Notes: generated by a model from the letters alone, not told the origin. A stretch of DNA of 64,000 nt from an uncultured delta proteobacterium (GCA_963761335.1 CAVXGR010000013.1:32001-96000); one strand, 5' to 3'. Counted from the stretch's first letter, positions 17,883 to 27,829 are shown. Translations and numbers: made by a program.

Positions 17883-18490
17883 TTGCGCGCGGCTCCTTTG
17901 ATCTTGCGTTCCTGGCGGCGGAGGCTCGGCTCCTCGCGGTCGTCGGACGCGAGCCACTCCTCGTAGGTGGACACCAGACGCTCGAGAAATTCCAGATCGG
18001 CGACCACGTGCGCCAGACGCCGCGAGATGAGCAGAGCGCGCGTCGGAAAGCGAGGCACGCCGTCTTCTGCGGCGGCGCGGTTGAGCACCGCCTCGCGCTC
18101 GCGCTCCAGAACCTTGCTGCGCAACCAGAGGTCCTGGCGCGAGCGCTCGATCAGGCGGCGCGCCGAGGCGCGGTCGGCTTCGGCGAGGAAGAGGGCACGG
18201 CCGGCGAGCTCGTCGTCGGAGCTGGCCGGCTCGCTGGGCAGGCGGTTGAACCACTGCGCGAAGGCCTCGCGTCCGAGAGCGGTGATGGCGTAGGGCGTGC
18301 GCCGCGGATCGGCGCCCGGGGGATTCTCCGTCGGCTCGACCAGCCCCTCCGCCAGCAGGCGCGCCAGCTCACGATAGAAGTTGCCGGTGCTGATCCGTAC
18401 CCCGGATCGCTCCTCGTACGCCTTCATCAGCGCATACCCGTGACGGGACACGCCGCCGTGCAGTAATCCCAGAACAAGGTATCGGAACAT
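17879..18490 (-). CDS. PadR family transcriptional regulator
   Basis: VLGLL...HGYAL...GNFYRELARL...GLV...RRTPYAITALGREAF. Confidence 0.88.
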   Translation of the reverse strand: MFRYLVLGLLHGGVSRHGYALMKAYEERSGVRISTGNFYRELARLLAEGLVEPTENPPGADPRRTPYAITALGREAFAQWFNRLPSEPASSDDELAGRALFLAEADRASARRLIERSRQDLWLRSKVLEREREAVLNRAAAEDGVPRFPTRALLISRRLAHVVADLEFLERLVSTYEEWLASDDREEPSLRRQERKIKGAARK

Positions 18491-18521
18491 CCGTGCTCCC
18501 CCCTTCCGTGTAGTGCTGCAG

Positions 18522-18551
18522 GAAGTACCAAGAAGGGAGACGGGGCGTCAA
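18522..18551 (-). promoter_or_regulatory. Putative sigma70 promoter of the padR-ABC operon (TTGACG-N18-TACTTC, extended -10 TG)
   Basis: Minus strand reads TTGACG ccccgtctcccttcttgg TACTTC, followed by a GGGGGAG RBS and ATG 18490. Confidence 0.55.
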
Positions 18552-18702
18552 CGAATTTTGTCGGTGCGGCGCATGCATGCGCCCTTCGGGCGGGTGGCTC
18601 GGTTCTCGGGTTCTCTGGTTTGCGGGTTGGCTTGCGATACGCTTCACCTTGCCCGTGCCCGTCTTTTTCCCCGGTTGGCCTAAGGGCACCCGGTATGCGC
18701 CC

Positions 18703-20094
18703 CTACACCGGGGAGAAGACCACCGGCAGGCCGTCGCGGGGCTTCGAGATCGGCGCCTGCTGCACCGGCATCTGGTAGCCGTCGGGGACGCTCCAGCGGT
18801 AGCGGCGCAGCAGCTGGTGCATGACCGACTTGACCTGCACCTCGGCGAAGCGCAGGCCGATGCACAGGTGCGGGCCGCCGCCGAAGGGCACCCAGGAGTG
18901 CGTGTGGCGCTCGTCCTCGGCGCGACCCGGGGCGAAGCGCCCCGGGTCGAAGCGGTAGGGCTCGTCCCACCACTCGCGCATGTGGTGCGTGTGGATCGGC
19001 GACACCACCACCATGGTCTCCGCCGGGATGCGGTAACCGCCGAACTCGAACTCGGCAGTGGCGACGCGCGGCATCACCGGCAGCGGCGGATAGCGGCGCA
19101 GCGTCTCCTTCATCACCCAGGTGAGGCTCTCGAGCCGCTCGAGGTCGTCGAAGCCGAGGTGCTCGACGCCGAGGGCGCGGCTCTCCTCGCGCACGATCTC
19201 CTGCCACTCGGGGTTGCGCGCCAGCTCGTAGGTCATCGAGGTGAGCGTGCTGGTGGTGGTGTCGTGCGCCGCCATCATCAGGAAGATCATGTGGTCGATG
19301 ACCTCCTGGTCGCTGAAGCGCTCGCCGTCCTCGGTCACCGCGTGGCACAGGCGGCTGAACATGTCGCTGCCCTCGCCGGCGCGCCGGGCGCCGATCAGGC
19401 GCCCGAAGTAGCCGCTCATGAACTCGCGCCCCTGGAGGCCGCGGTAGAACTCCAGGCCGGGGATGGGCAGCCGCAGGCGCGACATCGAGGCGGCCACCAG
19501 GTTCTCGAATACCTGGTTCATGCGCTCGGTCTCGGGGCCGAGCTCGACGCCGACGAAGATCTCCGCGGCGATGCCGAGGGTGAGCTTCTTGAACGCCGGG
19601 AACGCCGCCATCGGCCGCACGCCGCTCTGCCCCCAGGTGGCGATCCCCTGCTCGATGCGCGGCCCCATGCGCGCCGCGTAATCGCGCAGCGGCTCGCGCT
19701 TGAAGGCCTCGTGCATGATCTTGCGGTGCTGCTTGTGCTCCTCGCCGTCGCGCAGCAGCAGGCCGTTCGGGAAGATTCGCCCCATGATCATGTGCCAGGG
19801 CCGGCGCGCCGAGAAGATGCGGTCGCGGTCGAGCAGGACGAAGCGGTTGGCGTCGGGGCCGAAGAGGTTGACGAAGCGCATCGGCCCGGCCTGCTGCATG
19901 ACCACCGGCCCGAGCTCCTCGTAGTAGCGGCGCAGGTTGGAGAGCATGTCGATCCGCCCCCCGCCGTTGGCGAGAATGCTGCGCACCGACTCGACGAATC
20001 CGGTGCGCGGGATCGCGCTCGCCGGCCGCAGCGCCGGTGTCCGTGTCGCTCCGTAGCTGGTCGCCACCTTCCGTCCCCCGCTCGACTCTGCCAC
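18703..20094 (-). CDS. Cytochrome P450 (CYP136-like)
   Basis: MMAAHDTT I-helix, ETLR (ExxR), FDPGRF, FGGGPHLCIG heme-thiolate motif. Confidence 0.95.
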   Translation of the reverse strand: MAESSGGRKVATSYGATRTPALRPASAIPRTGFVESVRSILANGGGRIDMLSNLRRYYEELGPVVMQQAGPMRFVNLFGPDANRFVLLDRDRIFSARRPWHMIMGRIFPNGLLLRDGEEHKQHRKIMHEAFKREPLRDYAARMGPRIEQGIATWGQSGVRPMAAFPAFKKLTLGIAAEIFVGVELGPETERMNQVFENLVAASMSRLRLPIPGLEFYRGLQGREFMSGYFGRLIGARRAGEGSDMFSRLCHAVTEDGERFSDQEVIDHMIFLMMAAHDTTTSTLTSMTYELARNPEWQEIVREESRALGVEHLGFDDLERLESLTWVMKETLRRYPPLPVMPRVATAEFEFGGYRIPAETMVVVSPIHTHHMREWWDEPYRFDPGRFAPGRAEDERHTHSWVPFGGGPHLCIGLRFAEVQVKSVMHQLLRRYRWSVPDGYQMPVQQAPISKPRDGLPVVFSPV

Positions 20095-20170
20095 AGCCGC
20101 GCCACGCCTCCAAGCCGCGCGCCCGCCGGCACGCCTCGTCTGCAGCGCATCGGCGTGCTAGGAGAGCCCC

Positions 20171-20485
20171 ATGGTGATCACCATCTTCCGCTCGCGGCTG
20201 CGCCCCGAGAACGCCACCGAGTACGAGGCGGTGGCGCAGCGAATCGACGAGATCGCCCGCGGCATGCCGGGCTTCGTGTCGATCAAGAGGTACGCCGCCG
20301 AGGACGGCGAGCGCGTCTCCATCATCGAGTTCGAGGACGAGGAGACGCACCGCGCCTGGCGCGAGCACCCCGAGCACCGGCGCGCCCAACAGCTCGGGCG
20401 CGACCGCTTCTACTCGGCCTTCCGCGTCCAGGTGTGCGTCGCCCGCGCCGACTACTCGTTTCCGCCGCGCCCCGGCGCCGCCTGA
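20171..20485 (+). CDS. Antibiotic biosynthesis monooxygenase (ABM) family protein
   Basis: MPGFVS...DGERVSI.EF...WREHPEH..AQQLGR..FY; GGAG RBS. Confidence 0.88.
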   Translation: MVITIFRSRLRPENATEYEAVAQRIDEIARGMPGFVSIKRYAAEDGERVSIIEFEDEETHRAWREHPEHRRAQQLGRDRFYSAFRVQVCVARADYSFPPRPGAA

Positions 20486-21339
20486 GGCTCACCTCTCCCG
20501 CCCCCCACCCCGAAGCGCTCCTTCGTGCGGCGGACGTCGTCGCCGAGCAGCTCCTCGAGAAAGCGGCGGTGCTGGTCGGGGATCCTCGAGGGTCCGGTGG
20601 GGTTCACCGAGCGCCGCGCCTCCTTGCCGAGAAAGCGGCGGTCGCTGTCGACGCCGAGAAAGCGCATCACCTCGACGAGGAGCTCCTCCGGCCGCCGCTC
20701 GATGTCGTCGAAGAGCGGCAGCAGCAGGTGCCCCGGCCGCAGGTGCGCCGCCCAGCTCTCGGCGTTCTCGACGTAGCGGGCGCAGCGCCGCTGGTGGTCG
20801 CCGCGAAAGAATTCGCGGAGCTCCTCGTCGGAGACGTCCTCGAGCTTGCGGCCGCGGTTGCGCGCCAGGTCCTTCTTGGCGTGCGACCAGGCGCGCTCGA
20901 TGGGATCGCGGATCATGAGGATGACCTTGATCTCCGGGTTGAGGGCGGCGATCTCGGCGATCACGTCGGCGTCGAGGGTCGCATAGCTCGCCGTGGCCTC
21001 GCCGCGCACGCGCGGCCGGTAGAGGGCGCGGTAACGCCACAGGGTGATGGCGTTCTTCGCCGCCACCCGCCAGAGCGGCTCGCGAAAGAACTGCAGGTAC
21101 CAGACCAGGTCGTCCGACTGGAACTTCGGGTGCTGCGGCGTCTTCAGCCGGCTGAAGAAGAAGATCTCCTTCGGCTCGGCGAGCATGATCTGCGGGTGGA
21201 AGCGCAGATTGGCGTGCAGCCAGGTGGTCCCGGTGCGCTGCGGCCCGACGATCAGAAAGTCGGGAAAGCGCTCCAGGCTGACGCCGGGGTCGGAGACCTT
21301 CACGTGGTGCAGCTTCTGGCGGACCGGTGCGGGGATCAC
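20452..21339 (-). CDS. PAPS-dependent sulfotransferase
   Basis: PDFLIVGPQRTGTTWL (5'-PSB), KEIFFF, GEATASY, IRDPIERAWS (3'-PB). Confidence 0.9.
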   Translation of the reverse strand: MIPAPVRQKLHHVKVSDPGVSLERFPDFLIVGPQRTGTTWLHANLRFHPQIMLAEPKEIFFFSRLKTPQHPKFQSDDLVWYLQFFREPLWRVAAKNAITLWRYRALYRPRVRGEATASYATLDADVIAEIAALNPEIKVILMIRDPIERAWSHAKKDLARNRGRKLEDVSDEELREFFRGDHQRRCARYVENAESWAAHLRPGHLLLPLFDDIERRPEELLVEVMRFLGVDSDRRFLGKEARRSVNPTGPSRIPDQHRRFLEELLGDDVRRTKERFGVGGGRGEPQAAPGRGGNE

Positions 21340-21443
21340 TTCAAGCGGAGTTGACTACCAGCCCGGGCGCGGAAGGAAAAGGGGCCGCTCGCGGGAATGA
21401 GAACCGGGCTCCTTGGTCGCCTCGCCCCCCCCCGCGCGCCGCA

Positions 21444-22433
21444 CTACCTACCGGCGACGTCGAGTGGATTGCTCTCGAACTCGGCAGGGGTCTTCTCGAG
21501 GCGCGGGGCGCAGGTGGCGAGAACGAGGTGGAAGTGCGGCGCCGAGATCTTCGGCGAGAGGCCGCCGGGCAGCGGCCCGGCGCTGACGACGCGGAGCTCG
21601 TAGGCGTCGGCGGCCTCGGTGATCGCCCAGCAGCCGTCGTCGCGGCGGCGCATGCCGGCGGCGGCCGCCAGCTCGACCGGAGCACTCTCCCCGGCGCGCA
21701 CCAGGCGCGCCTGCGGCGAGATGTACAGCGGCAGGGCGGTGAGGCCGTGCAGCCGGACGACGGCACCGGCGAAGGAATCGTAGCGATCGAAATCGGTGCG
21801 GGCGAAGAGTCGGGCGTTGCCGGCCGAGAGATTCTCGCCCACCCGCGAGGTGGTCTCCTCCCAGAAGCGCGGCGGACCGGTGTCGATGTGGAGAAAGGCG
21901 CCGCTGCGGTAGTAGCCGACGCCGCCGGTCTCCAGCCGCCGCAGCTGCATCCACAGGTGGCGCAGGTCGACTCCCCCGAAGGCCACGTCGGCGGCCATTG
22001 CCTGGGTGTGCAGCGAGGCCTTCGCCGCCAGCACTCCGGAGGCGCGCAGCCCGTTGTTGTACTCCGGGCTGCGATAGCCTGAGACGAGCGTCATGCGGCG
22101 CGGGTGGTAGTGCTCCTGGATGTAGGACAGGAGCTCGACCAGGCGCAGCGAGACGTCCTCCCGGGCGCCGTCGCCGCGCGAGCGGAAGAACTGCTTGATG
22201 CGCGCCAACGCCTCGGGGTCGTAGCTGCCGTCCGGGCGCCGGTAGCGAACCCGCAGGGTGGTGCTGAAATGGGCGTGGTGCAGCTCGAGCTGGCCGTCGC
22301 CCGCGAAGAAGAAGCGGGGCGCCGCCGAGCCGGCGGCGGCCGCGCAGACCGCGAGCAGAGCGCCGGCGGCGACGACGGCGAGGATGGCGGTCAATCGTTT
22401 CAGACGCGCGCTGCTCGCGGCTCCACCAGCCAT
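21444..22433 (-). CDS. DUF882/YcbK-like peptidase M15 family protein with a C-terminal extension
   Basis: SGYRSPEYN, SLHT..MAAD, GGVGYY...FLHIDTG; N-terminal signal. Start at 22433 is inferred. Confidence 0.85.
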   Translation of the reverse strand: MAGGAASSARLKRLTAILAVVAAGALLAVCAAAAGSAAPRFFFAGDGQLELHHAHFSTTLRVRYRRPDGSYDPEALARIKQFFRSRGDGAREDVSLRLVELLSYIQEHYHPRRMTLVSGYRSPEYNNGLRASGVLAAKASLHTQAMAADVAFGGVDLRHLWMQLRRLETGGVGYYRSGAFLHIDTGPPRFWEETTSRVGENLSAGNARLFARTDFDRYDSFAGAVVRLHGLTALPLYISPQARLVRAGESAPVELAAAAGMRRRDDGCWAITEAADAYELRVVSAGPLPGGLSPKISAPHFHLVLATCAPRLEKTPAEFESNPLDVAGR

Positions 22434-22491
22434 GCCCCCGGATACCAGCGACCCCGGGGGAGGACAACTCGAGGCGACCACGACCGCGCCC

Positions 22492-23484
22492 CTACAGGTA
22501 CGGCGCGACGCGCTCGCGGTAGACGCGCTCGACGTCGTCGACGGCGCCGAGGCGCACGGCGCAGTCGAGCAGCAGCACCCGGTCGGACCCGGGCCGCCGC
22601 GGGGCGCGCGGGTGCACGGCGTCGCTGTCGAGGCCGCCGGTGAGGTGCAGATACTGCGCCGCGGCGTGCTTGTACGCCGCCACCGGGGCGCGAAAGCCGA
22701 CGTTGCCGAGGTGCTGCAGGGCATCGTTCAGCCCCAGGAAGGCGAGATCGCCCTCGCGCAGGGCGCGGTCGCGCGCCGCGAACGCCTCGGGGGCATAGGT
22801 CGAGAGGCCGAGAAGATAATCGCTGCCATAGGCGACCATGTCTATGCCGAGATCGTTGCCTGTATAGATGCGGAAGTCGGGCCGCCGCCGATCGCGCGCG
22901 GCAAGGCGCCGCAGCTCGATGCCGCGGTCGAGAGACGAGTGCTTGGCGCCGCCGACGCGCGGCAGCTCCAGCAGCCGCGCAAAGGTATCATCGTCCCAGA
23001 TCTCGCCGTGGACAGCGAACACCGGGCTGAGCTCGAACAGCAGACAGCGCTCGGCGCCCTCGACGACACGCGCGTAGAGGGCGGCCTTCTCGGCAGCGCC
23101 GCACCCGTGCATGGCCGCCGACTGCACCACCACGGGGATGCCGCCGCGCGACTCGATGGCCGACATGGCGCGGTGATAGCTCGCCACCAGATCGGCGGCG
23201 CCCGGCTCGGGAAAGGCCCCGGCGTAGAAGACCGCATCTCCGCCGAGAGCGGCGCGGGCGACGTCGAGAACCTGGCATCGCTCGTCCGGGGTCAGCAGGT
23301 CGACGAAGCCGGTGTCCATGTTGACGGCGACCTCGAGCCCGGCGGCGCGGCTGCGGCACAGATGGCGCTCGAAGGCCTTCCAGTGGGGACGACCGTCCAG
23401 CGTGTACGGCAGCAGCACGGCGGAGATGCCGTGCACGGGCCGCGGCTGCAAGCGCGCCAAGGCGGCGGCGAGTGGAGTCTTCAT
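22492..23484 (-). CDS. Dihydrodipicolinate synthase-like class I aldolase family protein
   Basis: GISAVLLP, AVNMDTG, GAKHSS (Schiff-base Lys), YTGND, DYLLGLS; ATGA overlap with the OYE gene. Confidence 0.8.
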   Translation of the reverse strand: MKTPLAAALARLQPRPVHGISAVLLPYTLDGRPHWKAFERHLCRSRAAGLEVAVNMDTGFVDLLTPDERCQVLDVARAALGGDAVFYAGAFPEPGAADLVASYHRAMSAIESRGGIPVVVQSAAMHGCGAAEKAALYARVVEGAERCLLFELSPVFAVHGEIWDDDTFARLLELPRVGGAKHSSLDRGIELRRLAARDRRRPDFRIYTGNDLGIDMVAYGSDYLLGLSTYAPEAFAARDRALREGDLAFLGLNDALQHLGNVGFRAPVAAYKHAAAQYLHLTGGLDSDAVHPRAPRRPGSDRVLLLDCAVRLGAVDDVERVYRERVAPYL

Positions 23485-24974
23485 CGCAGCTCTGGTGTTG
23501 CGGCGAGCGGCGCGGGCTGCCCTCTCTTCAGCCGCTCGAGCCTCTCGCGCTCGGGGCGGGCGCGATAGAAGGGATCGAGGGGATAGCATCCGGAAACCAT
23601 GCCCTGGCGCGGCGCCGTGGTGCAGTCGCTGAAGGTGCGGCACAGGCGCCGCCGCGCCAGCGGCCGGCCGGCGAGCACCTCGGCGGGCAGGTCGGGATAG
23701 GTGAGCGCCATGCGCCCGAGCCCGACGGCGTCGAACCAGCCGGCGCGCACGCAGGCCTGCGCCACGTGCGGCAGGTACTCCTGAAGATAGCTCCACCCCG
23801 TCGACACCACCGTCAGCCGCGGTGCCGCCCGCTTGGCGCGCGCCGCGGCGTCCAGCAGGCGGGCAACGCCGGCGAGCGGATCCTCGGGAGGAGCGTAGCC
23901 GTCGCTGGGCGGAAAGGCGGCCGGGCGCTGCAGGTGCGGCACGTAGTAGGGGCTTCCGCCGGTGACGTTGAGCATGGTGACGCCGAGGTCGGGCAGGGCG
24001 CGCACCAGCGCCAGGGGCTCCTCCCAGTCGGGCCGCTGGGGAGCATCGGCGTCGACGCCGAATCCCCAGAGGTACGGGAGCTCGTGCTCCTCGGGCACGC
24101 CCGGCCCCAGCTTGCCGTCGGGGGTTACACCGCAGGCGCGATGCGGCACGGCGTCGAAGAGGGAGAGGCGGACGCCGATCCCGAGCCGCGGCGCGGCGGC
24201 GCGCACGCCTTCGATCAGCTCGCGCAGGGCGCGCAGGCGCCGCGCCAGCGGCGCGCCGCCGAAATCCCCATCGCGCCGGCGCGCCGCCAGAAGCTCGTGG
24301 AACAGGTAGCCATGACAGTGCTTCACGTCGACGAAGTCGAAGCCCTCCTCCTGCGCCAGCCGCGCGGCGCGCCCAAAGCAGGCGATGATGTCCCGCAGCT
24401 CGGCATCGGAGAGCACCGCGGCGTCGCCGTCCACTCCCGCACGGCGGTCGAGAATCGGATGGCGAAAGGCGACCCGCGGAGCGCTCTCGCCGCTGGCGCC
24501 GGGGCGCGACCAGCGGCCGCTGTGGGTGAGCTGGATGCCGAGCAGCGGCGGCGCCGCACCGCTCTCCTCGGCGGCGGCGAGCAGCTCCCGGCGCAGCTCG
24601 CCGATGGCGGCGGCAGTGCGCTCCTCGAGGAGAAGCTGATGCGGGTTGGCGCGCCCGTCGGCGCGCACCGCAACCGCCTCGCCGCCCCAGATCCACGCCG
24701 CGCCGGAGGCTCCGAAGTTGCGCCACCGCCGGCGCGTGAGCGCCGACGGGCGGCCGTCGGCGGTCGCGTCCCATCCCTCCATCGGCTGGATGACGAAGCG
24801 GTTCGACAGAAGCCGCCGCTGCCCGGCGACATCCACCTCCAGCGCCGCCGCCAGCGGCGACGCGGGGCTCGGCAGCGGGCGCTCGTCCGCCGGCAGGAGG
24901 AGGCTCAGCTCGGCGAGGCGCCGGCGCAGAGCCTCGATGCCGCCGAGAGCAGCGATGCGGGGAAACTCGGCCAC
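23481..24974 (-). CDS. NADH:flavin oxidoreductase (Old Yellow Enzyme family)
   Basis: NRFVIQPMEG, GEAVAV, QLTHSGR, GFDFVDVKHCHGYL, DAVGLGR, CRTFSDC. Confidence 0.88.
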   Translation of the reverse strand: MAEFPRIAALGGIEALRRRLAELSLLLPADERPLPSPASPLAAALEVDVAGQRRLLSNRFVIQPMEGWDATADGRPSALTRRRWRNFGASGAAWIWGGEAVAVRADGRANPHQLLLEERTAAAIGELRRELLAAAEESGAAPPLLGIQLTHSGRWSRPGASGESAPRVAFRHPILDRRAGVDGDAAVLSDAELRDIIACFGRAARLAQEEGFDFVDVKHCHGYLFHELLAARRRDGDFGGAPLARRLRALRELIEGVRAAAPRLGIGVRLSLFDAVPHRACGVTPDGKLGPGVPEEHELPYLWGFGVDADAPQRPDWEEPLALVRALPDLGVTMLNVTGGSPYYVPHLQRPAAFPPSDGYAPPEDPLAGVARLLDAAARAKRAAPRLTVVSTGWSYLQEYLPHVAQACVRAGWFDAVGLGRMALTYPDLPAEVLAGRPLARRRLCRTFSDCTTAPRQGMVSGCYPLDPFYRARPERERLERLKRGQPAPLAATPELR

Positions 24975-24991
24975 GGCACCAGTGCTCCGCC

Positions 24992-25801
24992 TCAGGCGCC
25001 CGGCGCGCCGAGGCCGGCGAGCACGCGGCGCACGTAGGCCGCGTCCTCGGCCAGCTTCTCCTCCGCCGGGCGCGGATCGGCGGCGAGGAACTCGATGGTC
25101 AGCGGGCCCGCGTAGCCGGCTCCGACCGCGGCGCGCAGAATCGCCTCGTAGTCGAGCACGCCGCCGCCGAGCGAGCCGCCCGGGAACAGCGGCCCGCTGC
25201 CGTCCGGGTTGGGCTGATAGTTCTTCAGGTGAAAATAGCGCGCCAGGGGCACCAGGCGAGCGGCGTCATTCGCCTGCGCGTCGACGTCCGCGGGCATGAG
25301 GAGGTCGAGGACCTGGTAATTCAGGGCGGCGTTGTCGCGGCCGATGTCGGCGAACAGGCCGCGGATGCGCTCGGGCGTATCGGCGAAGGACCCCAGGTGG
25401 CGCTCGACGACGACGGTGATTCCCGCGGGCGCGGCGGCGTCGCAGGCGCAGCGAATGAGATCGACGGCGGCGCCGCGATCCTGCGCAGCTTCCGGGATCG
25501 GCTCCGCCCAAACGCGCAGCAGCCCAGTCTCCAGAGCCGCGGCGATCGCCGCCTCGCGCTCGGCGTGCGCTGCCGTGACCTGACCGAAGCGGCCGAGGTA
25601 GGAGCCGTACGCCGTCACCTCGAGGCCGGCGGCGCGCACGGCGCGGCCGACGGCGCGTGCCTCCTCGGGCCCGCGCTCCGGATCGAGATGCGGGGAATGC
25701 GCCGACACCTCGAGGCCGTCCAGTCCGATTGCGGCGGCCATCGCCGCCACCTCTTCGATCGACCGGTCCAGCGCCGAGATGGAGCAGAAGGAGAGCTTCA
25801 T
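24992..25801 (-). CDS. Sugar phosphate isomerase/epimerase (xylose-isomerase-like TIM barrel)
   Basis: GLDGLEV, VVERH, FHLKN, GVLDY, GYAGPLTIEF. Confidence 0.85.
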   Translation of the reverse strand: MKLSFCSISALDRSIEEVAAMAAAIGLDGLEVSAHSPHLDPERGPEEARAVGRAVRAAGLEVTAYGSYLGRFGQVTAAHAEREAAIAAALETGLLRVWAEPIPEAAQDRGAAVDLIRCACDAAAPAGITVVVERHLGSFADTPERIRGLFADIGRDNAALNYQVLDLLMPADVDAQANDAARLVPLARYFHLKNYQPNPDGSGPLFPGGSLGGGVLDYEAILRAAVGAGYAGPLTIEFLAADPRPAEEKLAEDAAYVRRVLAGLGAPGA

Positions 25802-25891
25802 CCGCGCATGTTCCTACGGGCGCATTGGGGAATGCAAGATCAGTCGCGCGGCTACCGGGTTGGCGAGCTTACGGGTTGTCCAATCCAAGAA

Positions 25892-25941
25892 GTAGAAGCG
25901 CCGTCTCGGCGCTTTCGGAAGCGGCGAGACGCCGCTTCTAC
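25892..25941. repeat. Inverted doublet of GTAG-type REP sequences (REPIN-like)
   Basis: Plus strand GTAG-AAGCGCCG-TCT-CGGCGCTT (25892-25914); minus strand GTAG-AAGCGGCG-TCT-CGCCGCTT (25941-25919). Confidence 0.85.
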
Positions 25942-25992
25942 TCTGCCCGCCGGCTCTGAACACGAAAACCCGTCAACCCCAGACACCAAAAT

Positions 25993-27003
25993 TCAAGCGA
26001 TCCGGGCCAGATCCTCGTGCCGGATCTGATGCTGCAGCGGCTCGCCGCGAATCAGACGCTCGATCTCGTCGAGTGCGAGATCGGCCATGCGCTGCGTCTC
26101 GGTGCCCTGCGCTCCGGCGATGTGCGGGGTGAGAAAGACATTGGGCAGGTCGTAGAGCGGCGAGCTCTCCGGGAGAATCTCCGGCTCGGTGGTGTCGAGA
26201 ACCGCGTCGATGCGGCCGGAGCGCAGCTCGTCCTCGAGCGCCGCGTCGTCGACCAGCCAGCCGCGCGCCGTATTGATCAGCGTGGCGCCGTCGCGCAGCA
26301 TTGAGAGTCGCCCGCGATCGAGCAGATGGCGCGTTTCCGGCAGCGCCGGTGCATGCAGACTGACGACGTCGCAGCTCTGCAGCAGGGCGTCGAGCTCCAC
26401 CTTGCGGGCGCCGAGCCGCTCCGCCGCCGCCGGCTCCAGGTACGGATCCGACACCAGCACCTCGAAGTCGAACGGCCGCAGCAGCTCAATGACGCGGCGG
26501 CCGATGCGCGAGGCGCCGACGATGCCCACCGTCTTGCCCAGATTGCCGAGGCCCGGCGCCACAGCGCTCCACAGCTGGAAGTAGCGCTGCTCGCGATAGT
26601 GGCGCTGCAGGCGGAACACCCGCTTGTTGGAGAAGAGGATGGCGGCGAGGGTGAACTCGGCCACCGGGACGGCGTTGGCTGCGGCTGCCGAGCTGACCAG
26701 CAGACCGCGATCCCAGACGGCGTCGATGAGATGCATCTTCACCGTGCCGGCGGCGTGGACGACGGCGCGCAGGCACGGCGCCTGGTCGAGGACGTGGCCG
26801 TCGACGGTCGGGGAGCCCCAGCCGGTGAGCAGGATCTCGGCATCCGCCAGCAGCGCCGCGGCGCGCTCGTCGGCGAAGGAGAGCAGGGGCTCGCCCTCGG
26901 GGACCTCGCAGAGATCGCGCAGGCGCCGCTGCTGCGCCGGTCCGAAGAGATCCTGGGTGAACATCGGCACCATGGCCAGAACGGTTTTCGGACGAGCGCG
27001 CAT
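25993..27003 (-). CDS. D-isomer-specific 2-hydroxyacid dehydrogenase
   Basis: HAAGTVK, VGIVGASRIG, LINTARG, LDTT.PE, LTPHIAG. Confidence 0.92.
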   Translation of the reverse strand: MRARPKTVLAMVPMFTQDLFGPAQQRRLRDLCEVPEGEPLLSFADERAAALLADAEILLTGWGSPTVDGHVLDQAPCLRAVVHAAGTVKMHLIDAVWDRGLLVSSAAAANAVPVAEFTLAAILFSNKRVFRLQRHYREQRYFQLWSAVAPGLGNLGKTVGIVGASRIGRRVIELLRPFDFEVLVSDPYLEPAAAERLGARKVELDALLQSCDVVSLHAPALPETRHLLDRGRLSMLRDGATLINTARGWLVDDAALEDELRSGRIDAVLDTTEPEILPESSPLYDLPNVFLTPHIAGAQGTETQRMADLALDEIERLIRGEPLQHQIRHEDLARIA

Positions 27004-27121
27004 GTCGGCGTCCAGCTGCCAGCTCCGCCGCGCCAGGTCAACTGGGAGCGCCCGCGCGGCCGGGACGGAAGCCAACACCCGGGAAACAACTTGCGGCCGG
27101 GACGGCCACGCTCCCAGAGGT

Positions 27122-27829
27122 TTATCTTCGCGGGCCGGGGACCTGAACGATACGCTCGTCCTCGGCAATCCAGGCGGTGAGCTTGCGTCCCCAGACGCAA
27201 CCGGTATCGAGACCGCGCACGCGGGCTCCGATCACCAGTCCGCGAGCCGCCCAGTGGGCAAAGACCACGAGGCGCTCGCCGCGGTAGAAGGCATCCCACG
27301 GACGAAAGGGAGCAGGGGGCGGCGGATCGTCGCGAGTCGGCCGCCGCCCGGCGGCGTCGCAGTGGCGCACCTGGGTGGCGAACTCGATCTCCGGTACCGG
27401 GTGGCCGCGAACGTGCTGGCGCACGGCAGCATTGGCGATATCGGCCACCGCCTCGATATCCGTCCAGTGCGGGTGGATGCCGCCGTGGACCATGACCACG
27501 TCGCTCTCCACCAGAATGACGGGTCGCGCCTCCAGCCAGGCGAGCAGGGCAACCGCGTCGGGGGCGTCGAGGACGTCCTCCAGAGTGTCTCGCGGCCGCC
27601 GCTTCGCGGTGCCGGCGGCGCGGCGGAGGAGGTGGATGTCGTGGTTGCCGAGGACGACCCGCATGTCGAGCTCGCGGGCGCGGCGCAGGACACCCAGCGA
27701 GTCGGGGCCGCGATTGACCATGTCGCCGGCGAGGTAGAGCCGATCTCCCGAGCGCAGCTTCAGCTTGCTCAGTAGATCGTCGAGCTGCCGGCGGCAGCCC
27801 TGAACGTCGCCGATGAAGATCCGCCGCAT
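27122..27829 (-). CDS. apaH: Symmetrical bis(5'-nucleosyl)-tetraphosphatase (ApaH-like metallophosphoesterase)
   Basis: IGDVQGC, GDMVNRGPDS, LGNHD, VHGGI, HWAARG, LDTGCVWG. Confidence 0.85.
   Translation of the reverse strand: MRRIFIGDVQGCRRQLDDLLSKLKLRSGDRLYLAGDMVNRGPDSLGVLRRARELDMRVVLGNHDIHLLRRAAGTAKRRPRDTLEDVLDAPDAVALLAWLEARPVILVESDVVMVHGGIHPHWTDIEAVADIANAAVRQHVRGHPVPEIEFATQVRHCDAAGRRPTRDDPPPPAPFRPWDAFYRGERLVVFAHWAARGLVIGARVRGLDTGCVWGRKLTAWIAEDERIVQVPGPRR

Noticed and set aside
13973..21339. Secondary-metabolite gene cluster (P450, ABM, sulfotransferase, ABC exporter)
   Set aside because: No scaffold-forming enzyme or precursor peptide was seen, orientations are mixed, and the PadR-ABC operon has its own promoter.
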